A stretch of 64,000 nt of DNA from Geosiphon pyriformis uo1. Taxonomy: Eukaryota; Fungi; Glomeromycota. A model generated the notes under the pieces. It was not told where the DNA came from. It did not search any database and saw only the letters and a list, made by a program, of their open reading frames with translations. A program made the translations under genes and the position numbers. The stretch spans positions 62,001 through 126,000 of the forward strand of contig JAAOMT010000594.1 in NCBI GenBank assembly GCA_016748015.1, written 5' to 3'. Shown piece after piece: positions 17,205 through 31,526 of the stretch (the first letter of the stretch is position 1; each line of letters begins with the position of its first letter).

Positions 17205-17464
17205 AAGAACCGGATAAAAATTAAATTACACGGCTATTTATATCGAAACATAAAGATCCTTTAATCAAAAAAGCTGGGCATTTAGTTTCGACTATTCAAG
17301 TCAATCGCATCAGGTAATTTGTGAATCAATAAAAGCTTTCTGTGTGTAAATTCACATACTTATGCTTTTATGGAAAGATGTCTCAGATTAGAGGAGCTTA
17401 GATCTTTTTCATAATTTCCTAGAATATTATTTTCGATGAACTTGAACCTAGATAGATCGAGCAA

Positions 17465-18944
17465 TTATTCCCCTTTTTTTTTCTTTTCAACAAGCTCCTT
17501 TTTTCTTTTTTCCGCCTCTTTTTTAGCGTATTCGATTTGTGCTTGCAAACACCCGTGTTCAGCCAAAATCTGAAGAAGTTTATAAATCAAAGGAATGAAA
17601 TTGTGCCTGCGCAGCGAATTATCTCGCTAATAATATAGCGTAATATAAAAATGAAATTTAACAAATAGCTGAGAATGTATGTTCATCAGATAACTTTACG
17701 TCTTACCTCATATTTCCGGAATTTTTCTTTTTCCAGATCTATCTTATGGAGAAGTGAATGTTTTTCACCTATAAGTCGCACCACTTCTTGTTCTTCATTA
17801 CCATTTCTAGCATTTTGAATAAGTATATCCAGTTCAGATATACGCTCCCTATACAAATCTTCCCGGTTTTTGATTAGGGCCATCAAATTGAACCGAATCT
17901 CTGCTGATGTATAACGAGCCATTCTTTCCTGTATTACTGGTCGTACTTTTTTTAGCCAATCCTCTTCCGTACAGGGACCTATAATAAAAGTATATAATCA
18001 ATAAAAGCAAACTCTAACATTGATTCTGGTTTATGTTCACAGTTTTTACCTAAATTGACAGGCCCTGCGCTAAGCCCATCTAATTCGAATAGCGCACCAT
18101 TAATTGGGACATATGAAATGAAATGAAATAAATCGTCTTTTTCGGCATCGTTGTTTTGTGAATCAGAAACAAAGGGATCAGAACGGGCAAAACTGTTGTG
18201 AACGGATCGCATAAGCTCACTGTTGGTTATTGCTAAGCCTTTGTCCTGTTAACATTATATATTGGCCAACTACGTCAATGACTGTTAAATTAAAGATGAA
18301 AGAATACGTAGCGAAATAATATGGTTTCGACTGACGTATGGATCAAAATCTTTTGTAAAATCTTTATAGGATTCTAATTCTTGGCCCAGTTTGATGAATG
18401 GACTGTTCAATAAAATTGAGAGAATGGCTTGTGTTGCGCAGGCATTATTAATAACCTATGCAAGATTTATTTAGTTTGAAAGAGTTTAAAAGGTGGCATC
18501 AGAAAAGAAGATAAATTACCTGTTTGGCAAAATAAACTTGCTCATCAATTAGTAAATTCGCATCAGGATGCAATTTTGAACTGTCGTTCCCACCTTGCCA
18601 TTTGAATAGAAAGATTAGGCCGTAAACTGGTCTATCAAGAGAAGATAAAGGATATGAAAAGAATTTAATGACGAAGGAAGCAAGTATCATTAAGAAAATT
18701 CTTTAAATAATACTTTAAATCCTCTAAAGTCTGTTCGTCTAAACTCCAAACTTCTTCAACTTGTGTCCCTTGGACTTGAAACTTCCTAATCAATTCGGTG
18801 AAAACGCCTGATTTTGCGTTTCATCAACATTAAATTTTTCCCAGTATACGGTGAATGATAAAATCATTAAAGAACTTTGGACCAAAAGGAAAGAAACGCG
18901 CCTGGATCGCTTTCAATAAGACACCAATCACCCGTGTCTGACAT
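17465..18944 (-). CDS. UCHL5: Ubiquitin C-terminal hydrolase UCH37/UCHL5 (peptidase C12), multi-exon
   Basis: [36 protein letters not shown] (catalytic Cys), [28 protein letters not shown]; stop TAA 17465-17467. Convergent with SF3A1. Confidence 0.95.
18808..18901 (-). other. GC-AG intron (intron 1 of UCH37)
   Basis: Minus strand gat cca g|GCGCGT...aatCAG|gc gtt ttc restores the conserved SDPGVFT; no GT gives this frame. Confidence 0.8.
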
Positions 18945-20178
18945 GCTTCCTGTAAACGTGCAAAAGAATGTTTGTGACCAACAGATATAAGATTTCAATC
19001 TTTAATTTCTGTTCCACAAACAAGAATCACATATTTCAAGTTTCCCAAGTAATTTTTTTTTTATATAAAAGGATTTTAGAATAAAAAAGAATGATTGTAA
19101 TTAAAAGCAATTTCATGCTTTAAATTTTTCATATTTTTTGCAATGAGTATATACTGTTTTTTATTGTGAAAAAGAATTATTATGTTTATTTTGTTTTTAT
19201 CAAATATCAATTACATTTTAATAAGTTGTAGCATTTGTATAAAATATAATGTTAATAATAATATTATTAAAAATTTAAATAAAACGAAAATAAGTTGTAA
19301 TAATTTATATAATAATAATAATTTGTTTTAATAAAAATTTTGCAAATAAATAATTCAATAACTTGAAATAATTTAATATAATACTCAACCTAAAAAAAAC
19401 AATATTTATTTATTATTGTTTATAATTAAATAATTACATAAATATAAATTCGACAAAAAAATATAATTAATAAATAAATAAAAATTTATAAAAAATTAAT
19501 TTTATAATAAAAACTATTAATTTTTTTTAATAAATAGTTTATAACAAAATTATTTATAATTAAAGTAATTAAAATTTTTAAAAATTACTATTATTAATTT
19601 TTTTTCATTTTTGGATTATTTAAATTATTTATTTAAAATAAACTAAAATATTTATTAAGCTATTTTTAAAATAAATTCAAAATTTTAATTTAATTTAAAA
19701 ATTAATATTTATTATAATTTAAATAATGTTTTTTGCTTTTATTGTTTTTATAAATATAATCTAATCAATTATTTTTTAAATAATTTAATTATTATATATT
19801 AAATATAAATAATTTTATAAACAACACATAATTAGTTACTTTAATTAATTAAAACTACTATAATTTAAAATTCTGTGTATTTATTTTTTAATTCAAATAT
19901 TTAAATAATTTTTTATATTAAATATTTTAAAAACTAATAGTTTAAAAAATTATTATTTACAAAAAAAATTAATATAATATTCATATTATTATTATTATTA
20001 TTATATAATTAAATTATTTTAAATCTTTTTTTGTTATAACAAAATATAAAGCACTTTAAATTAAACATAACTTATATATTTTTTATATATAATAGCCAGT
20101 TAATTTTAAATTTATGTTTTTAATAATAAATTTTTTTTAATAATTAAATTAAACAGTTTATAACAAAGCAAAATAAAA

Positions 20179-23100
20179 CTTCTTTCTCGCCTACTTCCCA
20201 AAGTCCTGAAAAAGTGCATATTTTGAAAGAAGTTTTTTGCTACTCGTATTTTTGTCACTATTCAGTTAGATACTTCAAAACCATTTCTGTTCAAATACAA
20301 GACTACTGTCAGCGGTGGCATTTCTGTTATGAAAGAGTCCAAGAAGAAGTCGCTTTCTGGTGCAGCTGTAGTCGACTCCTCTTCCAGGAAGAAACGCAAA
20401 GGCAGATTGCTAAAGGAACCTGTCAAGATGGTTGGTGTCTCTGCAGGTGGTGCCTCTGGTGACTTGGTTGGGCATGTGAGTGGAAATACTACTGAGTTGG
20501 AAAGTGTCGATATGGAAGAAGAGTATCTGATCGAAGAAACAAGCTTTCAGCTTGAGAGTGAGGAAGAGTCAGAAGTTGATGACACTAAGACAACACCCAA
20601 GGGTCCCAAGAGAATTGTTACCAAGTGTGTTCTTGGAAAGCCTCTAGGTACTATTGATTTCGGCAAACGAAGCAATGATGATGACAATGTTTTGGATGAT
20701 TCTATCCTCCTTCCACCACCTCTTCCACTTAAATCTTCTGTTCAAATCTCTGTTCGTAAATCCTTTGCTCTGAATATTGATTTTGTGGCTGTTTCTGGGA
20801 AATCATCTTAGGATAAATTACATTTTGTCAGAAAACTTTTCTCTGGTGTGAATGGTTTTGGGGGGGCTTCTACTCCCTCAAAATTTGGTGGAATCATTCG
20901 GGCTACATTCACTTCTGAAGAAGCGATGATGACTGCAGCAAATCTGGCTAATGACCGTGGTGTTGTGGTGAACACCGATCTCAAGCACCCTGTCAACAAT
21001 TGTACAAATCAGGCAATTGTGCTAAAAAAAATTCCTGTGGGAACATCTTTGGAGGCTGTGCATGCAACTGTAGCCGAATTTGGCATCATCAGGTCGATCA
21101 AAATGCAGCTGGTGGGTTTATGGCAAAAGACGATCATTGAATTGGAAGATCAAGACCAGGCTGATTTTTTGGCCTCTAAGTGGTTTATCCTCATTGGGAA
21201 GAACGTGGTTCGGGTGGCCAGAGCTGATATCGACAAACAATCGTGGGATGCCAGGGATAATTTTAGGACTTTGCTATATACCCTCCCCATAGGAACTACT
21301 GCTCATGATTTATGGGATTTTATTGGTTCTATTGGTGGGAAAACCTGCTTTATCGATCGCAATCCTGTCAGTTATTCTCGCACCTGCTGTGCCACTATGT
21401 GTTTTAACTCAGAAGTGGAATTAGTTAATACAATGGCAACAACTCCAGTTATAAAAGGCTTTGGTCTCCGTTGGTCTCGTCTTTCTTTGGCTTCATGTGC
21501 GGTTTGTAAGAATTTTGGTTATACTTTCCTTAGTTGTAGAACAGTCAAAGATGCTGGGATTGCAGGAGACAGAAAGACTCCTCTTTCGGCTTAGGACCAA
21601 TCCAGATTGGCAAAAATTTATGCAAAGAAATCTGCGCCTATCTCTCGTCCTTTGGCTTTTGGTGGTAAAACTTGGGCGTCGGTAGTTGGCGCTCCCTCTG
21701 CTCCCTCTCTCTTTGATAGTAAGACATGTTTTGGTTTCATCATTAATGGTAGACCTGCCCCTTCTGTTACAAAAGACCTAGAAAAAAGATTGGTCAGTAT
21801 TGAAGATGGTCTTGTCAGTCTCGCAAAACAAATTAATGGGTTGACTAAGAGATTGGAGCTGCTTGTGCCAGTGGTCCCCCAGCCTGGTCACAGATGCCAG
21901 CTTCCAGTGACCAACCCACCACAGAATTCGGAAAGTAATGTGACGTTGGAAATGGACTTGAGTATAACTGATGGCCATGAGTTTGCCATGATTATGGACT
22001 TGTCCACATCCCCCCATGTTGTCAAGTTAGAAAATATGTTGGAGGACCTTTCCAAATCTGTGTTGAGCTTGTCCACTCGTTTTGATAGTCTGGTTTTGGC
22101 TGGTAGTGCGAACTTCCAATCCCCCTCCTAATAAGTGAATTAGTATAGAAAGTTGCTATGTGCAATGTTAGAGGAATGAACAACCCTGCGAAGCAGAGTA
22201 ATATCATTTGTTGGCATAAGGACATGGACAATTCAATTTCGATTTTTACTGAAACTAAATTAAAAGATAAGATTTGGCCCTGGATCATTAACAAGTTTGA
22301 TGGAGTTTGGGTGTTTACTACTGGCTTGGATTCTGGATATCTGGATGCTGGTGTGACAGTGGTTATGAACTCTTCTTTGGCCAAACATGTGTGCAAGGTG
22401 TCCGAAATACCAGGTCAGCTCATGTCTATCAAGTTACTTTTTAAGAACAAACTCTCTGTGTCAATTTTGGGTCTTTACGCTGGTGCTTCTTCAGCAGTCT
22501 GGTTCTTTCAGGCAGGCGAAATCAACTCTATCATCGCAAAGGCTGTTAATGAATCTTCCTTTGTTATCCTCGGTGGCAATTTTAATGAAGACGGCTCTTA
22601 TAAGTGTGCGAGTTTCAAGAAGTGCCTTGATTTGGGGTTGATTAACTCTTTAGTCGGGAGCCCAGCTGTGAAAATGCCTACTTGGGAGAATTCTAGGGGT
22701 GTCAAGAGGACGATTGATTATGTGTTTGTCTCTCCAAATCTGGTTAACGCAATGGTGCGCCGTAATGTTTCAGGTGTCAGTGAGCACTTTGACACAAATC
22801 ACCAAGCTGTTTCAGTGTCTTTGGATCTAGGTGGACTTCTGGATATGCAATTGAGCTCTTTTCGCAAGCAAGCAAACAGGGACAGATGGAAGTTCAATTT
22901 CAAGGGTGCTGATGAGAGTAAATGGATCAGTTTCAAGTGTGCCACGGTGGCTAATGCAACAATGTTCTCAGATGAATTCGCTGCTTTTGTGAGGTTTTCG
23001 GATGTGGACGCAATGTGGGATGTCGTTCGCAGGATAATGATTCTTTCGGCTAATGAAGTGTTCAAGAAGAAGTGGTTCAAGGAATTTGATGGTGTCTTTA

Positions 23101-26100
23101 CTAAAGAGTCTTCAAGGTTTCACAAGTTGGAGCTTCTGGTTTCAAAAATTATTAGGGCATTTTGTGTGAGGTGTAATGTGAATTTTGCTTCTCTGGACAG
23201 TGTCAAAGCTTTGGTCATTCAGGATCTGGTGGACTCTGGTGTGGAATCTGATCGTGTTTGTTCTGCTCTTTTTGGTGCCAAGAAATCTTATCAAACGTCC
23301 AAGCTCATTGAATCTCAGAGTACTAAGGAAGCATACATCAAGTCTGCAATAGACAGGAGAATGGAAAGCTTTGAAGTGAATAAAGGTCATACAATTAGGA
23401 GTGTGTTGGAGTGCCCATTTTGTAAGGTTGTGTTGGATCATTTGGTAGTTGATGACGAATTGGTTTTAGACCTTGAGCAGGTCAAGTCCAAGGTGGATGC
23501 GATCATGGAAGGTTGGACTAAGAAGCGTTAGGTGGTTAATAATGTCTCAGATAATTGGCGCCTCCAATATCAGCTGTTGGAGTATGTTTTTAATGGAGCT
23601 TTTTCTGGTGTCATGTGTTCGATTGAGTATGAAGAGTTCTTTGGGGTGATTTCTGATCTTCCGGATGATAAAGCAGCTGGTTTGTCAGGTATTTCAAATG
23701 AGCTTTGGAAACATTGTGATAGGTCAGTTTTGGATATGTTGTTGGTGTTCTTGAACTCTTGTTTGTCTGGTGAATCAGTGCCCGGCCCTTGGAAGAAAGC
23801 ATGGGTATCAATGATTCCGAAACCTTATGAGTGGAAAGGTGTTTTGACGAACACACATCCTATTGCCTTGATCGAAACGGCTCGCAAGGTTCTTTCTAAG
23901 ATCCTCTCTGACAGGATTTTTTTGGCATGCAGTACTTTTGACGTGTTTCGGGGGGCCAATTTTTTGGTTCTAAAGGGTACAACAACCCGGTCTTCTATTT
24001 TTGCAATTGGTTCGGTGGTCAAAGATGCTTTGGAAAAAAACAGGGAGCTCTGGCTGGTTTTACAGGACATATGAAAGACATATGACTTGGTTGGCTGGGA
24101 GCATCTCGAAAAGAGTTTGGTCAGGATTAAGATGTGTAGCAAATTTATTCGGTTTTTTGGTGGTATTCATAGGGATTGTACCAACCGTGTCATGACTGAT
24201 TTTGGATTGACAAGCGGTTATCGTGTGCACGATGGTTTGGACCAGGGAGAGGTATTCTCTCCTCTTCTCTGGCGCATATTTTATGATTCTTTTTTGTGCA
24301 AGGTTAAAAGACAGGAAAGTGTATATGAGTATAAGCTGATTTCTCACTTTGTTTCCAAGAATGGTCATTCCAAATCCCAGGCTGGGTTTTCTTCTTTTTT
24401 TGCCATTGGTGCTTTTGTTGATAATATGATTTGGGTTGGCAGCAGCCAGATGACTATTCAACATATTCTCAATGTTGCTAGTGAATTTTTTTGTATCAAT
24501 GACATCTCTATTAACAATGACAAAATGGTAGCCATTCCTATCAATAGCAGAGTTAGCAATTCCTCTCTTTTTATCAGCGGTTTGCCCATTTCTATTGCCA
24601 AAAAAGGGGAATCTCACCGATATCTGGGCATTTTTCTGTCGACTGAGGGTCTTTTAAGGCCTAGCTTGGTTAAAGTGCATTCAGACGTTCGCTTTTTTAC
24701 CAATCTGGTGTTGAGGGAGGCGGTCTCAGATAAGCAGTTCTTGTATTTGGTGTTGGCAGTTTTGCATCCGATAGTTAGCTATAGAACTCAGTTCAGTTTT
24801 ATTCCTGTTGGCGTGTGCAACAAGTGGGATGCTCTGATTTGTAAAGGTTTGAAGCTCAAGTCTGGTTTGCCGCTCGACTTCCCCAATGATACAATTTACC
24901 ACCCTTCATTGTATGGTTTAAAGTCATTTTTTCAAGTTCAGTCTGAAAGCAAGATTGCTTCCCTTGTTAGTTTTGCGAACTCTGGTGGTATCTTGGGTCG
25001 TTTGTTTTCCCACAAGTCTCATGACTTGCAAGTTTTGTGTTGGCGCCCTGTTTATCCGTTGTGTTCTCCTGTTCGTATTCGTGTCAGTACATCTAATAAC
25101 TTTCTGGCAGACATGGTTCGGGTTCTTCTCGATTGCAATGTGTCTCTTTAGTTAGTTCCTTTCGGTCTCATGGTGGAGTGCTTATGTCTGAAGTTCTGGG
25201 TGAGTCAAGGTTTCTTAAGTTTCTCCCTTCCCTCCGGCAGTATGGTATTGCCTTTGTGAATCAACTTTGTGACCATCATGGTGCTGTCTATGATTGGTAT
25301 ACTTTCAAGTGGTGGAAGAGATTGGATCCCCGTGGCCCAGTTCCTGAGTGGTTCAAGCATTCTGTTTTGTTTCTCAATAGTGTGAGATCTTCTCCTGCTC
25401 AGTCTTTAGTTTTGGGTGATGGTGGTCCTTTAAACATTCTTGAGTCTGGTGAATTTGTGTCTGTTTGTGATCGTCTCTTGATGACCAGTGCTAACAGCCT
25501 GTCAGTATATACGAATGGATCTCTTAGTAATCTTGGTACAGTTGGCTGTAGAGCTGGCGCTACTGTTTTTTTTGAGGACATTGGTTTGGGTTTGGACATG
25601 AGTGTATCAGGTTTGATGTTATCTACTTTGGCGGAATTGCAGGCTGTTGCCTTGGCTCTGAAGTGTGTTTCCTCGTCAAGCTCTATTTGTTTGTTCTCAG
25701 ATAGTCAATCGGCGTTAGATGCTTACAGGTCGGAGTTGGGTCTGCTGTGTCCCGATTATCATAATCAGTGTTGGGTCGAACATCATCATATTGTCAATGT
25801 AATTCGCAGTAAGAAGTTGAGGGTCAGCTTTCACAAGGTAAAAGGTCACTTTGGTGTTTCGGAAAACGAGCATGCTGACATGATCACTGGTGCCACTTTT
25901 CTTTCCAATTGGTTTCTTCCCCCTCACTTGAGTGAGCACTTCTTAACGGCTGATGGTGGTATTGTTTCTGGGAATTCAAGGCATTTTGTACGTGATATTT
26001 ATCATTCTATTTGTTGTGTGCAATGGGAGATTGGTTCTGGTTTTGGGGTCTTGGTAGACAGCTTGTCTTCTGAGGTTGATTGGCCCTGTTTATCATTGGT

Positions 26101-26923
26101 ATGGCATCCTGATTTGCACATGGCTGCAGGTTCCACCAGCAGGTTTTCGTCTAGTGTGTGTACGTATTTTATGAAGTCTTTACACCATCAGCTGCCAGTT
26201 GCTGTTTGGAAGTGCCTCTATGATAAACGTTATCCTAGTGTGTTGTGCTTGTATTGTGGTGAGGTGGAGGTATCGGATCATGTGTTCTCTTGCAAGGTTG
26301 ACGAGTCTGTTTGACGTCAGTTGTTGGATTCCTATGTAAGGTTCTGGAAGGCACTTTCTGGTTTCTCTCATTTTTCCTCAGGTATTTTGCGGCTGTTATC
26401 ATCTAGTGTTTCTGATTCCTCTCTGTCCATGGCTCTTTTTAAGGGTTTTGTTTTTAATGGGTGGTTTTGTGAGACTGTTTCCGTCTTTCACAACCCCAAA
26501 ATTGCTGTTTTGGAGATTGTCAAGTTTGTGCGCTCTCTTGGTCTTGCTTTCAGGGAGGATGTATAGTCGATTCGTGCTAAGCATCGTGCGTATATGGAGA
26601 AAAAAGGACTGATTCCGCTAGATGGTTCGGCTGTCGTCTCAGTTCATGGTTTGGCTTCGAGGTTCTCTGTAGAAGTGGTTAGGTTATTTGGCATTACTGA
26701 TGCTTTAGGTGTTCATTTTGGTTTCCACAAGTCTTGCTTGTTCTTTTCAGGTTTAGGTGAATTGGTGTCAGTTCATATAGCTGCATAGTGTTGTTTTGAT
26801 TGGCCCGAGTGGCTGGTCACGTGTAGAAAGTGCATGATTCATGCCTAGTTTAGATCAATTCTTTGATGTATAGTACTAGGTAGTGTTTGGACCTCACTTG
26901 TTAAGCAATAAAAAAAAAAAAAA
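20179..26923 (+). mobile_element. Near full-length non-LTR retrotransposon (LINE 1): ORF1 + ORF2 (APE endonuclease, RT, RNase H, CCHC finger), poly(A) tail; inactivated
   Basis: ORF1 20329-22131 with CxxCxxxGxxxxxC knuckle. ORF2 ~22131-26788: NVRG, ETKL, GG(D)FN, IDYVF, (D)H; QGEVFSPLL, FVD(D); YT(D)GS, AELQAV, SDSQ, KVKGH; CLYC..DHVFSC. Poly(A) at 26910-26923. Confidence 0.93.
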
Positions 26924-26992
26924 CAAAGCTTTTAAAAAAACTAATTAAAAAAATTTTTTTTTATTTAAAATTTTTTTTTATTTTATTAAAAA

Positions 26993-29210
26993 TTTTATGA
27001 GTGCAGCCCAACCACTACCTAAGTATATAGAATACACAGAATCTAAATTAAGCATGGCTCATGCTTTTTCTACACGTAACTAGTCACTCAAACCAACCAA
27101 GGCAGCATTACACATCCATAATTCCCGCTACAAGAAAACCACTCAAGAAACCAAAGTCCAATTTTGTAAGGCACAGATGCAACCCAAAGCACATGTGAAT
27201 ACCCAATCTGAAACCGAAATCTCGGATTGACTCAGCAGACCACAAAGAAGACAGACCAGACACCAAAGAAAAGGAGAAGCCATCTTGCAGCAAAAGGTTA
27301 TGCTTTTTATAATAAGATCTCAACTTAGCCACTAGTATCCAAATGGCTGACTTGTGACTTTTAGCAAAATGATGAATGAAATTGACAACCAATATACCCC
27401 CACCAAAACCAGCACCCAAACAGCTTACCGTGTCAGCCACCCAGTCTTTCAACACAAAACCTTTAATTAGCACTGTGAATAGGTCGATGAAAAACCCAGC
27501 CTCAAGCAGCAAATTAGCAATCGCATTTTCATTAGCAAAAATTCCCAGTACCATATTCCACTCCATAAAAGCATCAAACAACAAAGTTTCCCGAACATTG
27601 GCATTATGAACACAGGAAAACATGTGATCAGAGTCCTCCACCAACTCACACTGAATGCAGGCAATACTTAGATATCTCAGATTGTATAATCTTTTCCTTT
27701 TGGCCACTAGTAAATGGTGGTAGAGCACCTTCATGAGATATGACCAAAGTGTCATTAATGCACTACTAGTGTAACCAGATTTGATCTTGCCATCAGGATG
27801 CCAAACACAAAAGGTTTTGGCCTTATCAAAACAGTCACAGAGGCCCACATTAATGAAGTTACCAACACATTTGGCTTCCCAACCAACAGAGTGAACAGTA
27901 TTAAACAATTTTTTGGCAACATGACGAGCATTTCTAGAGACAGGCCTGTTTTCAATCCTAAGAAAGTGATAAGGAACCACAAGAGACAGAAAAAACTTAG
28001 AAGCAACAGTGGCATCAGTGTAAAAATTGGCATGTTCGTTTCCAACAATACCAGAATAATCCTTGACTTTGTTCTAAGTAATCGACAAGCCTTTTCTAGA
28101 GATGACATGGCAAATATGTTCTTTCTTGATCCAGCATTTGTCATGAAAATCAGGACTAAACACACCACCACCAGATTCGCACAAGTTCAGCAAAGTCTGG
28201 CTGTTAATAAACAAATTAACAGACCGAGAAGTGGGCACACACTCTAAAGCAAGTGCAATAACTTGCAGCTCCATCAGAGTTGAGGACAACAACCCATCCA
28301 TCTTGACTCTAATGCTAACGTTTACATTCAGAAAGTAGGCAATAGCACCACTATGAGCACCCAATAAACCCAAACCTTTGACGGAACCATCTGTATAGAC
28401 AATCACAAAACTTAAATCAGAATTCAACAAACACTCATTAATGTAACCAAAGTTACAAGAAAAGTCAGTGAGAGCTGAACAATAAGACAATGCCACATGA
28501 TTTGACAAACCACTTCCTTTGATAAATTCAACCAACAAAACAAACCAGACAGGAACTGGGCCTCTAGAGTCCAGCTTCTTCCACCTGTGAAAAGTGTTCC
28601 ACTTAAAACATACACCTTAACAGTCCAAAAGCTGATGAACAAACACTATGCCATACCTCCTAAGAGACCTTGCCACACACAAATAAGACTCTAAACTGAG
28701 CACGTCCAAAACTGTGATACTATTCTTGGCCTAAAAAACATCAGGCAAATCACCACCCAATGAGAGATTGCACAACTTGAGAACATATATCGCACCAGCC
28801 AAAAAACAATTTGTAGGATCAATTAGCAAATTGATCAGAACTCTTAGAGAATGCTGGGGCATCCAGCTAGTGGCCTACAACTCCATAACTCTGTGCTTGA
28901 ATAGTTTATTGAGGATTCCACCAGCATTTGCGAACACAACCAAGCCAGCCAATATATTTTCAGCCAGCACCTGTTCAAAAGTCTTTAAAACGTATAATTC
29001 TGGATGATACAAAGCCTCATTTGGAAAATTCTTAGGTAGATTGGTCTTGAACTTTAACTCTTTTCTCAACATTTTGTCACACTTTTCACAAACACTCTTA
29101 GAGATACAACTAAACTGTAGTCTGTAACTAATTATGGGCTGCAGAACAGCAGAGACCAAATACAAAAATTGCTTCTCAGTAATAACTTTCCTTAACACTA
29201 CATTTGAAAA
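26993..29210 (-). mobile_element. 5'-truncated LINE 2 (diverged subfamily; RNase H, zinc finger, 3' UTR), tail-to-tail with LINE 1
   Basis: ORFs 28875-29198, 28074-28538 (YTDGS..ELQVIALAL) and 27108-27980 (CIQC..DHMFSC) are homologous to LINE 1 ORF2; related 3' UTR at 26993-27107. Confidence 0.88.
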
Positions 29211-31526
29211 GTTTAAAATTTTAAATAATCTTAAATTATTATTTAAAAATTACAAAGAGTACTTGGATTTTAACAGAGCTCAATTTTAAAAAAAAATTAT
29301 GTTATCAATAGAAATTTAAGTATAAAATTACTCTTATAATTTTTATTATTAATTAATATATATTATTATTTTAATTTATTATTTATTATTTTATTAAATT
29401 ATTAAATATTACTATCTAATTAATAATTTATTTGTATAATACATAAATATAACTAATTGTAATAATTAGATTATATAATATTTTAAACTATATGATATTT
29501 AAGAATTCACTAAAATATTTAGAAATTTGATAAATATTTAACAGTTTACCAAAATACTTAATAATTCATAAAAATAATTTGTAGTTCGACAAAATACATC
29601 TTTAGTTTATTAAAAAATCAGCAAAAAAAAGTGCAAAATCATAGAATTATATTATTATAAGTTATATAAAAAAAAGCTTTTCTTTTTAAAAAAATATATC
29701 TTGATTTAAAATTATTTTTTTAATAAACAATTAGCTTTTACAAATTAATTTAATAAAATTTATTTTTAAATCCAAATTTTTTTTTTATTTATTATTATTT
29801 GAACTTACAATTACAATTAATATTTTGAATTAATTAATTACTAATTTTAATAATTATTTAGTTAATTTTAAGTTTGAACTAAAAATAATTTTATATATAT
29901 TTTTTTTTAATTTTTTTATTATTATAATATTAAGTAGTTTATAGTTAAAACTTTTTGCAAAAAAATTAACTTTTACAGCAAAATAACTATATATTATTAA
30001 GAAGTTTACAAATAAAAATTTCTTTAAAAAAAATAACTTTTATTGTAAAATAATTACATAAGTAATTAACATAAAATTGGCTATTTTATTATAAATTTGA
30101 TAACAATAATAATAATTTAAAATATAAAAAAATATTTTAAAAGATAAATTAATTTATCAAAAGTTTAACAGCTTTTATTTATAACAAATTTAATAACAAA
30201 ACAATATTATTATTAAAAAACAATTAAAATTATTAATAACAATAATATCAAAAAAAAATTATTTTATTGTTTTTAAATTTTGCTGTGCTTTTTATTTACA
30301 ACATCAAAGTAATTTTAAATTATCAAAAGAATATTGTTTAATTAAATTTGCTTTTATTTATTATATAAATACTAAAATAAATTATTACATAAAAAGAAAT
30401 TATATAATATAAAACTTAAATTATATAAAAAATTATTACAATATACTACAAAAAAAGCAACAATATTAATCATAATATTATAAAAATTTATTGTAAAATT
30501 AAATAATATTTACAAAAAACTTTAAAAAACATATTAATAAATCTAAAAAATCTAATTAATAAAAAAAATAAAATATAAATTTTATTAAAAATAATATTAT
30601 TATCATATTAATTTTACAAATGTTAAAAATTTTAAAAAACTTAAATAATTTAATTAAAAAAAATACCAATTAAAAAAAAATTATTTTCAATTAAAATTTA
30701 GAATAAAATTTGAATTAAAAATTAAAAAAATAAAAATAAAAATAAAACCAATTTAAAAAATCACAAGCCTAGTTATTAAAACAATCAATCAATTTAAAAA
30801 CCAAAATACTTATAACTAAAAAATAATTTAAATATAAAAAAACCAGATTTAAGAATGTCTAAGAAAATTTTTTTTTATTTTTTTTAAATTAATAATCTTA
30901 TTATTAAAAAAAATCAATCTTAAAATAACTATTATATATTACAAAAAAATTTTAAAGATAATAATAATATAAATATATATATATAACTTAAAAAAACAAA
31001 AAAATTATTTAAATAATTAATTAAATTAAATAAAAAACAATTTAAACATTATTTTTCTTCTTAAAAACATTATTAACTTATAATACCAAAATTTTAAAAA
31101 AAATTTATTGGTTTTAATGTTTTTAAAAATACAATATTAATATATTTTTGCAATTTAAATATTTTAATTCAATTCTAAAATAAATTTAATATAATTAAGC
31201 AAAACATAATAAAATTGTTATTCAATATTTTGTTTAATTAACAAAATTTGTTGTTAAATTAAAATATTTTAAAAAATATATTATATTAATTTTTAAATTT
31301 TAAATCAATTTAATAAAGCATTAAAAAACAATATTTTATAAAAAATATATTCAAATTATTTTAATTTTCTATAAAATATTATTAAACTTATTAAATCTTT
31401 TAAATTAACAGAAAAAAAATTTAATTATTTAATCATAATTAATATAATAAAAAAATAAAAATAAAACAAAAACTCTAAAAAAAAAATAACTTAATTAAAA
31501 AAACTTTCTAAAAAAATAAAAGTTAA

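Noticed and set aside
20162-20178. TSD for LINE 1 (aacaaagc occurs on both flanks)
   Set aside because: Only 8 bp match in A-rich sequence and the following bases disagree.
20329-26788. Stop-codon reassignment or readthrough to explain the in-frame stops in TE ORFs
   Set aside because: Stops are of all three types, differ between copies and match C>T/G>A decay; host genes use the standard code.
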